A stretch of DNA of 64,000 nucleotides from Candidatus Allocopromorpha excrementavium (GTDB taxonomy: Bacteria; Bacillota; Clostridia; Peptostreptococcales; Anaerovoracaceae). Each line of letters begins with the position of its first letter. Positions within the stretch are counted from its first letter, which is position 1. The stretch is from the NCBI GenBank assembly GCA_018715265.1, contig DVLX01000026.1, positions 235-64,234 on the forward strand, given 5' to 3'. Positions 34,924 to 44,467 of this stretch are shown here, piece by piece. Under the pieces are notes generated by a model. The model was not told the origin of the DNA. It made no database searches and was given only the letters and a program-made list of their open reading frames with translations. A program made the position numbers and the translations under genes.

Positions 34924-36194
34924 TCCGTTTTCTGTCTGGTTATCTGCTCTATCTTTTCCCGACTTACTTCTCCAAAACATTGACATCTTTCTCCTGTCTC
35001 AAGCATTCCCGTATCCCTGCATTCGGGACATCTGTACTTCATATCCATATAATCCGGCTCAAATCCGTTGTCCGTGAGCAAAAACGCTTTTTCCGTATTG
35101 AGCGTATCTGCTTCTGCCTTTATACGTTCCGCTCTCTGCTTCCTGTCTGCGGCATCGGATATTATTATCCTGGAAAGCTCTCTGCTTCCCGCGCTGAGCC
35201 TGTCGTCTATCTCTTTTATCCTCGGTACCCTTTCGTATACTTCCCTGCGATGCCTGTCCGCTTCCTCCTCCTCAAGTCTCCTTAGAGTTTCATAATACCT
35301 GGTTATATCGGAAGCGGTAAGCCCTTTCTGCTTTCCTGCCGCATCCCTTCCGGTCCTCTCCTCATACCAGTTTTTCAAAACCTTGTTTACGTAATTGATG
35401 TTCGGATTTGAAATTCCTGTTGTCTTGCTGCACGCCGAGAGCACCTTCTCAAGAGAAAATTCCATGGTATCAAACCAGGTATCCATTATCTTCCTCTCCT
35501 CTTCAGTGGCGTTCCTTGAAAATCCCAGGGCTTTGAATATTCTCCTGTACATATGCTGCCGCTTCTCATTCTGGCTCAGATATCTTTCCACAGACTCCAC
35601 ATCTTTCAGTCCGTTTGTCGCCCATCCGTTTATCACGGCCGCTATGTACTTTATACTCTTTTTCTTTTTCTTTATACAGTAGGCGTATCCATAAGCTATC
35701 AGCTCCGGAGAAACGTGAAAATCGTTTATCCACGATATTATTTCCATCATTTCTGTAGTGCTTATCACACGTCCCGCGCTTTTTTCTATGGCGTTGAACA
35801 TTTCCTGTATGTCTTTATCCGCCATAGCTGTCTGTAAGCTGTACTCATTTCCTACGGGGAGCTCCTGCTCCTTGTCTCCGTAAAGCTGTTCTTTGAGGAT
35901 TATGAATTCCACATCATAATCGAACTTATCCTCCGGATTTTTAGCTATCTTCCTTACGACGCCCATCTTTTCCCAGTACGTCCATGCTTTCAGCACGTCC
36001 TCATGATCGAGGGAAAGGTATTTTGCGATCTCTTCATTGGTTATATCCGTACCGAGACCTGCATACATCTGCGCAAACAGATACACTTTTACAAAATCAC
36101 CGGGAGCCGTTGCCATGTATTCATTTATAAACATATTTTCTATGCTGGTATCCAGCAGAAAATAATCCTTTATCTTTTCTCTTCTGAAGGCCAT
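34920..36194 (-). CDS. DnaD/DnaB(Firmicutes)-domain replication initiation protein with a C-terminal coiled coil and Cys4 zinc-ribbon-like motif
   Basis: FLLDTSIENMFINEYMATAPGDFVKVYL and IAAVINGWATNGLKD are DnaD-domain-like. The C-terminus carries CPECRDTGMLETGERCQC. The ATG at 36194 follows GGGAGG. The alternative TTG at 36221 overlaps the dnaB stop. Confidence 0.7.
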   Translation of the reverse strand: MAFRREKIKDYFLLDTSIENMFINEYMATAPGDFVKVYLFAQMYAGLGTDITNEEIAKYLSLDHEDVLKAWTYWEKMGVVRKIAKNPEDKFDYDVEFIILKEQLYGDKEQELPVGNEYSLQTAMADKDIQEMFNAIEKSAGRVISTTEMMEIISWINDFHVSPELIAYGYAYCIKKKKKSIKYIAAVINGWATNGLKDVESVERYLSQNEKRQHMYRRIFKALGFSRNATEEERKIMDTWFDTMEFSLEKVLSACSKTTGISNPNINYVNKVLKNWYEERTGRDAAGKQKGLTASDITRYYETLRRLEEEEADRHRREVYERVPRIKEIDDRLSAGSRELSRIIISDAADRKQRAERIKAEADTLNTEKAFLLTDNGFEPDYMDMKYRCPECRDTGMLETGERCQCFGEVSREKIEQITRQKTE

Positions 36195-36217
36195 TCTTCC
36201 TCCCGCCAACTCATCGA

Positions 36218-37582
36218 TCAAAATACAGGATCAGGTATATTGCCCGAAGCCTTATCCTTGAACTGGGTGTATCTTTCAACCCAGGCTACATCTATACTGC
36301 CTGTAGGACCGTTCCTGTGCTTTGCCAGGATAACTTCGCATTCTCCCGGCTTTTCCGACTCGTCTTTGAAGTAGTACTCATCTCTGTACAGGAATATAAC
36401 TATGTCCGCGTCCTGTTCTATTGAGCCTGATTCTCTCAGGTCGGAGAGCATAGGTCTGTGGTCCGTTCTCGTCTCCGGCGCTCTGGAAAGCTGTGACAGC
36501 ACCAGTACCGGACAATCCAGCTCCCTTGCCAGCAGCTTGAGATTTCTCGAGATCACTGAGATCTCCTGGGTCCTCGAATCCGCCTTTCCCTCAGGAGTCA
36601 TGAGCTGCAAATAGTCTATGACCACAAGATCCAGACCTTCCTCAGCCTTGAGCCTCCTGCATTTGCTCTTCATCTCCATTATGCTGATGCCGGCAGTATC
36701 GTCTATATGTATATTGGCATTTGACAATATGTCAAGCGCAACATTTATATCGTCCCAGTCTCTTCTTTCAAGTCTGCCGTTCCTGATGCTCTGAAGCTCC
36801 ACCTTCGACTCCATGGAAAGCAGTCTCTGCGTAAGCTGCTCCTTCGCCATCTCCAGACTGAATATCATAACGGAGGCGCCGCCTTTTACCGCTGCGTTCC
36901 TGGCAAGAGACAGCGCAAAGGAAGTTTTTCCCATGGCAGGTCTTGCCGCCAGTATTATCAGGTCGGATTTCTGAAAACCTGATGTCTTGGCATCCAGCTC
37001 TCTGAAGCCTGTAGTCACTCCCGTAAGCCCGCCGTCCATCTGCGAAGCTTTATCTATCGTCTCTATGTTCTCAATGAGAACATCTTTGATATGGGTGTAC
37101 TGGCCTCTCTGCCTGGACTGAGATATCTCAAATATACCGCTTTCGGCATAGTCGAGCATCTGGTTTGCGTCCATGCCGTCCTCGTATCCTTTGCTGACTA
37201 TATCGTCCGCTGTGTCTATCAGTCTCCTTACAGCCGCTTTTTCAGCGACTATCCTGCCGTATTCCATAGCGTTTGAGGTCGTCGGAGTTCCCGATGAAAG
37301 AGAGGCTATATATGCTCTGCCGCCTACGATGTTCAGACTGTTTCTCTTCTTAAGCTCCTCGGATACGGTGAGTACATCTACAGGAGAATTTTTTCTCTGA
37401 AGTTCCAGTATGGTTCTAAATATTTCTTTGTGATTTTCATCGTAAAAATCCTCCGCCTTTACTACTTCCATTACGTCAAAAAGCGCGTCCTTGGAAAGCA
37501 TTGCGGCACCGAGCACGGATTTTTCCGCTTCGATGCTGTGCGGAGGTATTCTTCCTTCATCCATGTTATTCCCCTTGATCAA
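36218..37582 (-). CDS. dnaB: Replicative DNA helicase
   Basis: PPHSIEAEKSVLGAAM, Walker A (ARPAMGKTSFAL) and LVVIDYLQLM motifs; 454 aa. Confidence 0.93.
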   Translation of the reverse strand: MIKGNNMDEGRIPPHSIEAEKSVLGAAMLSKDALFDVMEVVKAEDFYDENHKEIFRTILELQRKNSPVDVLTVSEELKKRNSLNIVGGRAYIASLSSGTPTTSNAMEYGRIVAEKAAVRRLIDTADDIVSKGYEDGMDANQMLDYAESGIFEISQSRQRGQYTHIKDVLIENIETIDKASQMDGGLTGVTTGFRELDAKTSGFQKSDLIILAARPAMGKTSFALSLARNAAVKGGASVMIFSLEMAKEQLTQRLLSMESKVELQSIRNGRLERRDWDDINVALDILSNANIHIDDTAGISIMEMKSKCRRLKAEEGLDLVVIDYLQLMTPEGKADSRTQEISVISRNLKLLARELDCPVLVLSQLSRAPETRTDHRPMLSDLRESGSIEQDADIVIFLYRDEYYFKDESEKPGECEVILAKHRNGPTGSIDVAWVERYTQFKDKASGNIPDPVF

Positions 37583-38022
37583 ACAGTAACGGATACTTTA
37601 AGCTCCGCCGATATCTCCGTAAACAGCTTTACTGTTACCGTCACATCTCCTGCCTGTTTTATCGGTCCGGAAAGCTCTATCTTCTTCTTGTCTATCCTGA
37701 TGTTCTCCTGCTTTTCAAGAGCTTCCGATATATCCTTTGATGTGATGGAACCGAAAAGTTTTCCTGTATCGCCGCCTTTAGTCTTTATTTTTACAGTTAT
37801 TTTTTCGAGTTTTTCCGCCAGCTCTTTCGCTGCAGCTTTCTCTTCTTCCAGTTTTTCGGCGGCTATCGCTTTCTGCTTTTCAAGATTTCTTATATTGCCT
37901 TCTGTAGCTTCTTTCGCAAGGCCTCTGGGCAGCAGCATATTTCTCGCATATCCATCGCTTACTTTTACAACGTCGCCTGCCTTGCCTGTTCCTTTAACAT
38001 CCTTGATCAATATCACAACCAT
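37579..38022 (-). CDS. rplI: 50S ribosomal protein L9
   Basis: VILIKDVKGTGKAGDVVKVSDGYARNMLLPRGLA is the L9 signature. Confidence 0.93.
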   Translation of the reverse strand: MVVILIKDVKGTGKAGDVVKVSDGYARNMLLPRGLAKEATEGNIRNLEKQKAIAAEKLEEEKAAAKELAEKLEKITVKIKTKGGDTGKLFGSITSKDISEALEKQENIRIDKKKIELSGPIKQAGDVTVTVKLFTEISAELKVSVTV

Positions 38023-38048
38023 AATTTTATCCTCCCAATGTGAAGTTT

Positions 38049-39809
38049 TTAAGAATTTTTTTCATTTATCGTTTCTCTTATCTTCATCAGTATATCTTCA
38101 GGCGGTATATCCACCTGAGTCCCTGCAGTGTTAAGATGTCCGCCGCCTCCGAATTTTTCCATTACGAGCTGTACGTTGATGTCTCCGAGCGATCTGGCGC
38201 TGACCACAGTTTTGCCGTAGTCATTGCGTCCTGCCACAAAGCTCGCCTTTATATTTCTTATAGTCAGCAGCTCATCCGCCACCTGCGAATTGACTATCTG
38301 TGCATTCGGGTTCTCGCCCGGACAGATGGACATGGCTATTCCTCCGTCGAAGAACTGAGCGTTGGCAACGCAAAGCGCACGCACTCGGAAATTTTCCACA
38401 TCATCCTGGAAATATCTCCTCACGTGCTCAAGATCTGCACCTGAACGCCTGAGCCAGGAAGCCGCTTCAAAGGTACGCACTCCTGCCTTTACCGCAAATC
38501 TGTTGGTGTCTACCATTATTCCTGCCAGCAGCGCGTTCGCCTCCATGCTGGTGAGCGTACGCTTTTCACACGCATACTGAATTATCTCCGTAACAAGCTC
38601 CGATGCCGACGAAGCGTATGATTCCATGTAGGAAAGCACCAGGTCCGGGAACGCATCCTCCGCTTTTCTGTGATGATCTATTACAACTGTCCTTCCAACT
38701 TTTTCAACGAGATCATTGGATTCCACCAATATCGCTCTGTGCGTATCCACAACGACAACCAACGCGTTTTCATCTGCCAAGCTCAAGGCTTTCTCTGCAG
38801 AAACAAATTCGTAATACCCTGTCTCCTTTGCTTCTTCTGCTATAGATCTCAGCGCGTCATTGTATGATCCGAGCACCACGTAGGCTTCTTTTCCTATGCT
38901 TTCCGCTACTCTGTATATGCCCAGCGCCGCTCCGAAGCTGTCCATATCAGGGTTCCTGTGCCCCATGATGAATATTTTGGAGGATTGGCTCATGAGCAGC
39001 TTCAATGCATGGGCTATTATCCTCGATTTGCCTTTATTGCTCTTTTCCACGCTCTGAGACTTGCCGCCATAGTATTCAAAATTCTTTACATTCTTGACTA
39101 TCGCCTGGTCTCCGCCTCTTCCAAGCGCCAGATCCAGGGCGTCTTCTGCATACTTTTCACATTCAGCTATCGTCTTCCCGCCTATGCCCACGCCTATGCT
39201 GAGCGTTACAGGGAAATCGGCTTCCGTATCTATTTCCTTTGCTTCGTCGAGGATGGAAAATTTATCTTTTATGAGCATTTTATAGCTCTTATGAGGAAAC
39301 GCCATCTCATAAAGATGTTCTCTGTATCTTGCAACGGCCGCTCCAAGCTTGGCCCCCCAGCATCTTATGAGCCTGTCTATCTCTGTGGAGATCTCCAGCT
39401 CGCGCTCATCACCTGCGCTCGATGTCAGCTCGTCGAAATTATCTACATTCACCACAGCTATACAGGTTTTATCGTCATTGTACATTTCCTTAAGTATCTC
39501 ATAGTGTGTCATATCTATGAAATACATCATAACTGATGCAGTCTCGCCTTCTCCTATGAATTCCGTGACTATCTTAAATGATTTGTCGTTTTTGTCCAGG
39601 TAGAGGCTTTTCTTCTCTTCCGCCGACTTTATTATTTCACAGGCTTTGATCCTGGTGAGTTCAAATATATTTCTTCCTACGATGCCGTCGTATTTGAAAA
39701 CGTCGGCTATCTTATCGCTGGCCCTGGTCACCTTGCCTTCTGAATTGATTATACACATGGGTATCGGCGAATAATGCGCCAGCAATTTTTCTATTCTTCC
39801 TACATACAT
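38049..39809 (-). CDS. GdpP-like DHH/DHHA1 phosphoesterase (PAS-like + degenerate GGDEF + DHH), probable c-di-AMP phosphodiesterase
   Basis: GHRNPDMDSFGAA (DHH), VVIDHHR and GGGHLNTAG (DHHA1), in conserved yybS-gdpP-rplI-dnaB synteny. No N-terminal TM helices are visible. Confidence 0.8.
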   Translation of the reverse strand: MYVGRIEKLLAHYSPIPMCIINSEGKVTRASDKIADVFKYDGIVGRNIFELTRIKACEIIKSAEEKKSLYLDKNDKSFKIVTEFIGEGETASVMMYFIDMTHYEILKEMYNDDKTCIAVVNVDNFDELTSSAGDERELEISTEIDRLIRCWGAKLGAAVARYREHLYEMAFPHKSYKMLIKDKFSILDEAKEIDTEADFPVTLSIGVGIGGKTIAECEKYAEDALDLALGRGGDQAIVKNVKNFEYYGGKSQSVEKSNKGKSRIIAHALKLLMSQSSKIFIMGHRNPDMDSFGAALGIYRVAESIGKEAYVVLGSYNDALRSIAEEAKETGYYEFVSAEKALSLADENALVVVVDTHRAILVESNDLVEKVGRTVVIDHHRKAEDAFPDLVLSYMESYASSASELVTEIIQYACEKRTLTSMEANALLAGIMVDTNRFAVKAGVRTFEAASWLRRSGADLEHVRRYFQDDVENFRVRALCVANAQFFDGGIAMSICPGENPNAQIVNSQVADELLTIRNIKASFVAGRNDYGKTVVSARSLGDINVQLVMEKFGGGGHLNTAGTQVDIPPEDILMKIRETINEKNS

Positions 39810-39826
39810 CGATTACTTCTCCTGCA

Positions 39827-40588
39827 TTACTTCCTTTGATTTCTCCCGTTATTGGCAAGCATTTTGCCTTTAAGTCCGAAGATCACATCGAACATACCTA
39901 TCACGACTATCATCGTCCTTCCTATGTATATGTTCCACAAAACGATACAAAGAACCAGCGCGAATCCACTCGGTATGCGCTTTAAATAAAACAGCATGAA
40001 AACCGCCGACATCCCCTGCAGGAAAAAGACGAAATCAAACAGCAGATCTATATTTACATAGTACGAATTGTCACTGAAAGTTTCCGTTGCCGTAAGCATC
40101 CATACCAGCAGATAAATGCCTATCAGGACGAAGACCGCCCCGCTCGGCACGGAAAATTCCCGAAACTTAGGCATAAGATTTACCGGAGATCTTCTGTTTA
40201 AGGATCTGCTCAATAATATATAAACTATATACGACATTACCGCTCCGAATATCAATATGCTCACCGGCAGCAGCTTGAACACTTCATCATACAGTCTGAC
40301 TACAAGATCTGTCCTTTCTCCTGCGCTGAGCTCTTCCATCCCCAGGAGGCTTATGACGTTGGAGTCCTTTGCCACGACTCCCGCAATATCCTGCACTCCG
40401 TTATGAAGCTGCGTAAACATTCCGTCTCCCGTTATACTCTGCACCATAAAAATCACCGCTGCCGCCGCGCATATCACAATGTCGCTCATTATGACCGCTT
40501 CATAGGGAGATCTGCTCTTTGTGATATACCTCGGCATCACGAGAAACGGGATTATTAAAATAAGAAAAAATATTATCAGAAGATACAT
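39827..40588 (-). CDS. YybS-family (DUF2232) polytopic membrane protein
   Basis: Multi-TM ~250 aa protein in the conserved position upstream of gdpP. Confidence 0.6.
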   Translation of the reverse strand: MYLLIIFFLILIIPFLVMPRYITKSRSPYEAVIMSDIVICAAAAVIFMVQSITGDGMFTQLHNGVQDIAGVVAKDSNVISLLGMEELSAGERTDLVVRLYDEVFKLLPVSILIFGAVMSYIVYILLSRSLNRRSPVNLMPKFREFSVPSGAVFVLIGIYLLVWMLTATETFSDNSYYVNIDLLFDFVFFLQGMSAVFMLFYLKRIPSGFALVLCIVLWNIYIGRTMIVVIGMFDVIFGLKGKMLANNGRNQRK

Positions 40589-40626
40589 TCCTTGTCTCCT
40601 TGTTTCCTTCTAAATCCGTACCGATT

Positions 40627-40655
40627 ATTATATCATACATATCCGTATATATCAA
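40627..40655 (-). promoter_or_regulatory. Candidate sigma-A promoter of the yybS-gdpP-rplI-dnaB operon
   Basis: On the minus strand: TTGATA (40655-40650), 17-nt spacer, TATAAT (40632-40627). Confidence 0.45.
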
Positions 40656-40787
40656 AGGGAAACCAATTGATCATGAGGTTTTGCAGTATTCGGAGGGTTT
40701 ACGGGGGTGATCAGGCTAAAAACAGGCGGAGGAAGAGGATGGTTTGAGTAATGCGAAGTGAGGAGTTAGCCGATGGTGTCCCTATGA

Positions 40788-40830
40788 CAACAAAAAACAC
40801 CCTGCTCCGGCACAAAAGTCCGGACGCAGG
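40788..40830 (-). terminator. Intrinsic terminator after the response regulator / kinase operon
   Basis: On the minus strand: CCTGCGTCCGG ... CCGGAGCAGG stem with one bulge, followed by GTGTTTTTTGTTG. Confidence 0.6.
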
Positions 40831-40890
40831 ATGATGCCATTTAAAGCCGGCCGCTCAACTATATACTTATCCCGCCGCCCGGCAAGCTTT

Positions 40891-41973
40891 TTATCCTGCC
40901 GTCTGATATATTTTCATCTTCACGGTGAATTCACTGCCCTTTCCGACCTCACTCGACACCGATATCTCGCTTCCTGTTATATCGATGACACGTTTTACAA
41001 GAGCAAGACCCAATCCATTGCCACCGGAAGCATGAGATGCATCTCCCTGATAAAATTTATCAAAGATGTTCGCTCCCACATCTGCCGACATCCCGCATCC
41101 CGTATCTTTTACGCGTACCGTTGCTGTCCCCTCTTCCGTCTTTAAGTTTACCGACAGCAGACCGCCCTTTTCTGTAAACTTCACCGCATTGGAAAACAAG
41201 TTGTTCCATACGAGACTCATCATCTCTTCATCTGATTTTACGATCACGCCGTCTTCTATATCCGCATGTATTTCAAGGGATTTTTCTTCCCATATGTCTT
41301 CAAATCCAAGCAGACACTCCCGTACCTGCTCACCGAGATCATATGGCTCGAACTTAGGAAATATCTGCTGATTCTCCAGCTTACTTAGTCTGAGTATATT
41401 CGATATGAGCTCTGTCAGCTTTTTGGTCGTATCTACGACTGTCTCGGCATACTCCTTCCTCTTTTCTTCAGGAAGCTCCTTCTCGGACATGAGGGAAGCA
41501 TAGTTCTGTATGACAGAAAGAGGAGTCTTTATCTCATGGGAAACATTTGCAACGAAATCACTTCTCAGGCTTTCTATTCCCGACAGCTCTTCCGCCATCT
41601 TGTTGAAGCACTCTATTATCCTGTTGAAGCTTCCATCGGTTATGAGCTCCGGAAACAGTTTTATTCTCACCGAAAAGTCCCCCTGAATTATCTTTTCAGA
41701 TGCTTCAAGTATCCTCCTGACAGGTCTTTCAATGGTGATCTTTCTCCTGACTGCATCCAGCAGCGTAAACACTGCCGTAAGCAGTATGACATTCAAAAAT
41801 GTAAGTTTTGCAGCCGTGCTTATATTCTCCTCCGTAAGCTCGATATCGATCATATCCGATAAAGTATTCAGAAACAACGTCATACAGCACGTAACGATAA
41901 ATGCCGCCACTAAAAAAAACAACAGGAAATTACGTGCAGACCTTAAGATCTCCATTCGCCTTGCGTGCTTCAT
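40891..41973 (-). CDS. Sensor histidine kinase (2 TM, HAMP, HisKA, HATPase_c)
   Basis: H-box VSHEIKTPLSVI, N-box NLFSNAVKFT, G-boxes DTGCGM and GGNGLGLALV. The start forms an ATGA overlap with the regulator gene. Confidence 0.85.
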   Translation of the reverse strand: MKHARRMEILRSARNFLLFFLVAAFIVTCCMTLFLNTLSDMIDIELTEENISTAAKLTFLNVILLTAVFTLLDAVRRKITIERPVRRILEASEKIIQGDFSVRIKLFPELITDGSFNRIIECFNKMAEELSGIESLRSDFVANVSHEIKTPLSVIQNYASLMSEKELPEEKRKEYAETVVDTTKKLTELISNILRLSKLENQQIFPKFEPYDLGEQVRECLLGFEDIWEEKSLEIHADIEDGVIVKSDEEMMSLVWNNLFSNAVKFTEKGGLLSVNLKTEEGTATVRVKDTGCGMSADVGANIFDKFYQGDASHASGGNGLGLALVKRVIDITGSEISVSSEVGKGSEFTVKMKIYQTAG

Positions 41974-42644
41974 TTCACTACCGCCTTATACCCCAGTCCG
42001 TGTACTGTAACTATTTCAAAATCATCGCACCGCTGAAATTTGCTTCTAAGCTTCGTCATATATACATCAACCGTCCTGAGACCTGAATCTGTGTCGCTGT
42101 CCCAGAATTCATCCATGAGCTGTGAACGAGTGAAGGTTTTTTTAGGATAGGAAAGCAGCTTGTACAAAAGATTGAATTCCCGGACTGTAAGGGATATTTC
42201 CTTCCCGTCCAGATATGCTGCATGTTCTTCCGCATGGAGGGTGAGTTTTCCCACGGCGAGCTTTTTTTCGGCTGCGATCCTGGCTCTTCGCAGCAGCGCT
42301 CCTATCCTCAAAAGCAGTTCGTCAAGATCCACAGGCTTTACCATATAATCGTCTATACCCGCTCTGAAACCTTTCTGCTTCGAAGCAAAATCATCCCTTG
42401 CCGTCATGAACAGTATGGGTATCTCAGAATTTACTTCTCTGACAGTTTCCGCAAATTCAAATCCATCGATATCCGGCATCATGATATCCGATATTATCAT
42501 ATCGAATACAGCTCCTCCGTACATGGCATCATATGCTTCCTCTGCCGAAAGACATTCAAAAGGTTCATATCCGTTCTGCTCAAGATAGGTGCATACGCTC
42601 TTATTTAACTGTGCGTCATCTTCCACAACAAGTATTTTGAACAT
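41970..42644 (-). CDS. OmpR/PhoB-family response regulator
   Basis: Receiver motifs (ILVVEDD ... DMIISDIMMPDIDG ... KP) and a wHTH (LTVREFNLLYKL ... VHGLGYK). Confidence 0.9.
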   Translation of the reverse strand: MFKILVVEDDAQLNKSVCTYLEQNGYEPFECLSAEEAYDAMYGGAVFDMIISDIMMPDIDGFEFAETVREVNSEIPILFMTARDDFASKQKGFRAGIDDYMVKPVDLDELLLRIGALLRRARIAAEKKLAVGKLTLHAEEHAAYLDGKEISLTVREFNLLYKLLSYPKKTFTRSQLMDEFWDSDTDSGLRTVDVYMTKLRSKFQRCDDFEIVTVHGLGYKAVVK

Positions 42645-42735
42645 TTTTTTCGCCTCTTTTCTCTGATAAAAGCAAGTATGCTCTGCTTAAACAAATCTAT
42701 CTTTCGACTGTAACATCTCCATGTTAATGTTTTGT

Positions 42736-44388
42736 TTACGAGCTCTCTGTAAACAGAGGCAAAACGAAGGTGAATTTACTTCCCCTGTCTATTTCGGAAG
42801 TTACCATTATATCTCCGTTATGTCCCTTTATTATCTGCTTCGACAGGCTCAGTCCCAGTCCGCTTCCGCCGCGGCGCCTTTTAGTCTTCGGACTTCTGTA
42901 AAAATTTTCGAAAATATGAGGCAGATCTTCTTCTGAAATGCCCGCCCCGTTATCCGAAACAGACACGAAAAATATTTTTTTCATCCTGTCTATACCGCAG
43001 CTCACTTCTATCCTTCCTCCGTTTTCAGTTGCTTTCACCGCGTTGCTGAATATATTCTCAAAGACCTGATCTATACGCTTCACATCAGCGAGAACATAAT
43101 TTTCTTCTCTCACTGCATCAGAAATATCAAAACTGTACTGCCTGTCCGCCACCCCGTAGGCGCTGTTTTCCGAAAAATCCCCGGCATGCTGCGATCTCAG
43201 CTCTTCCGCCAGTTCCATACAGCTTATCTTCTCAAATTCATAGTTGAACTTGCTTGCCTCAAGTTTGCTTAAAAGCGATATATCATCCACAAGCTTTGTA
43301 AGAGATTTAGTCCTGGATATGATAGCTTCTATAGTTTTCCGTTTTTCTTCTTCAGAATCTATTATTCCTTTCTGTATTGCTTCTGAATATCCGAGTATGT
43401 ATGTTATAGGAGTCTTTAAATCATGAGATATGTACTAAAGCATAAGCTGCCTGTTCCTGTTGTTCTCCGAGATCTTCTTCTCTGCCGCAAGTCTTTCAGT
43501 GACATCTCTGAAAACCCCCTCCACCGCCACAGTCTTTCCGTTTGACTTCTCCTTGTTTACAAGGCACTGCAAATTGACGATATCTCCGTTCCTGCTCTCC
43601 ACTGTGATGATACAATCTTTGGATTCTCCATCGAAATCACCGAGAAGCTCTTCCACAAGCTGACGATCTTCCTCAAGCGTGATCTCCACATGAAGTTTAT
43701 TGTTATTGTAAAAATCCTGAGGAGAATAACCAAGAAGTTCTTTTGACGAAGGACTGACAAAGGAAAATCTCGGATAGGGTACTATCGTATAATAAAATAT
43801 TATATCCGCTGAATTTTCTGCGAAATTCGCCAGATAATCACCCTTCATCCGTTCCTCGTTTCTTATCTGTCTCCTGTATAAAAACGCAAAATTTACATTT
43901 TGCATCATCATCAGTATTATACCTGTGCCCATGATGATCAGCGTCCTGTGCGATATACTGCTGCCATAAACGAGAAAATCATAAAATGAAATATATATAC
44001 CCATGCTTCCCGGTATCAGTATCGACACTGCTTTTATCTGCATCGGAAAATCCCATTTTACTACTATGGTATATATGAGCATTATCACGACCACGATCTT
44101 GAACATGAGCATTATCACATATATATCCTGTCCTGTCGGGAAATAATATACATACACTATAAAAAACCCCAGCAAAACCACGCTGTATTTCAGCGTGAAA
44201 TAATTCTGAGGTATATTTTCGATAATATTGCATGCGTACAGTGTGCACAGCAAAGCTCCCAGCTGGAATATCTCACTTCCTATATATCTTACAGAAAATA
44301 TATCCGTAGTATCTCCCATCACCTGCATCACGATGCCCAGCGCATAGCATACGCAGCTTGTCATCCATATGTAAAAATATTTATTCAT
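42736..44388 (-). pseudogene. Sensor histidine kinase (multi-TM, PAS, HisKA, HATPase_c) interrupted by one in-frame TAG
   Basis: The frame is continuous across 42736-44388 except for a TAG at 43435-43437. The translation reads ...NRQLML*YISHDLKTPITYILGYSEAI..., so the stop lies 3 codons before the phospho-accepting His. HATPase motifs follow (NIFSNAVKAT, DNGAGI, GGSGLGLS). GGAG lies 5 nt upstream of the ATG at 44388. Confidence 0.7.
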
Positions 44389-44467
44389 ATTTTCTCCAGT
44401 GTGGTATAATGTTCTAACAAACTGAAAGGACAAGTATGCCGCTCATTTTTTTGAATATAGCATACAA

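Noticed and set aside
40656-40787. Purine-rich, G-rich spacer between the terminator of the two-component operon and the yybS promoter; considered as a small RNA or small ORF.
   Set aside because: It holds only tiny ORFs (4-24 aa) without convincing RBS or context, and no clear stem-loops or promoter. The evidence is insufficient.
43435-43437. Possibility that the in-frame TAG in the kinase is decoded (pyrrolysine or a reassigned amber codon).
   Set aside because: TAG is used as a genuine stop for ilvB (2131-2133) and for the first small membrane-protein gene (31074-31076). No pyl genes are visible in the window. A nonsense mutation or sequencing error is the simpler explanation.
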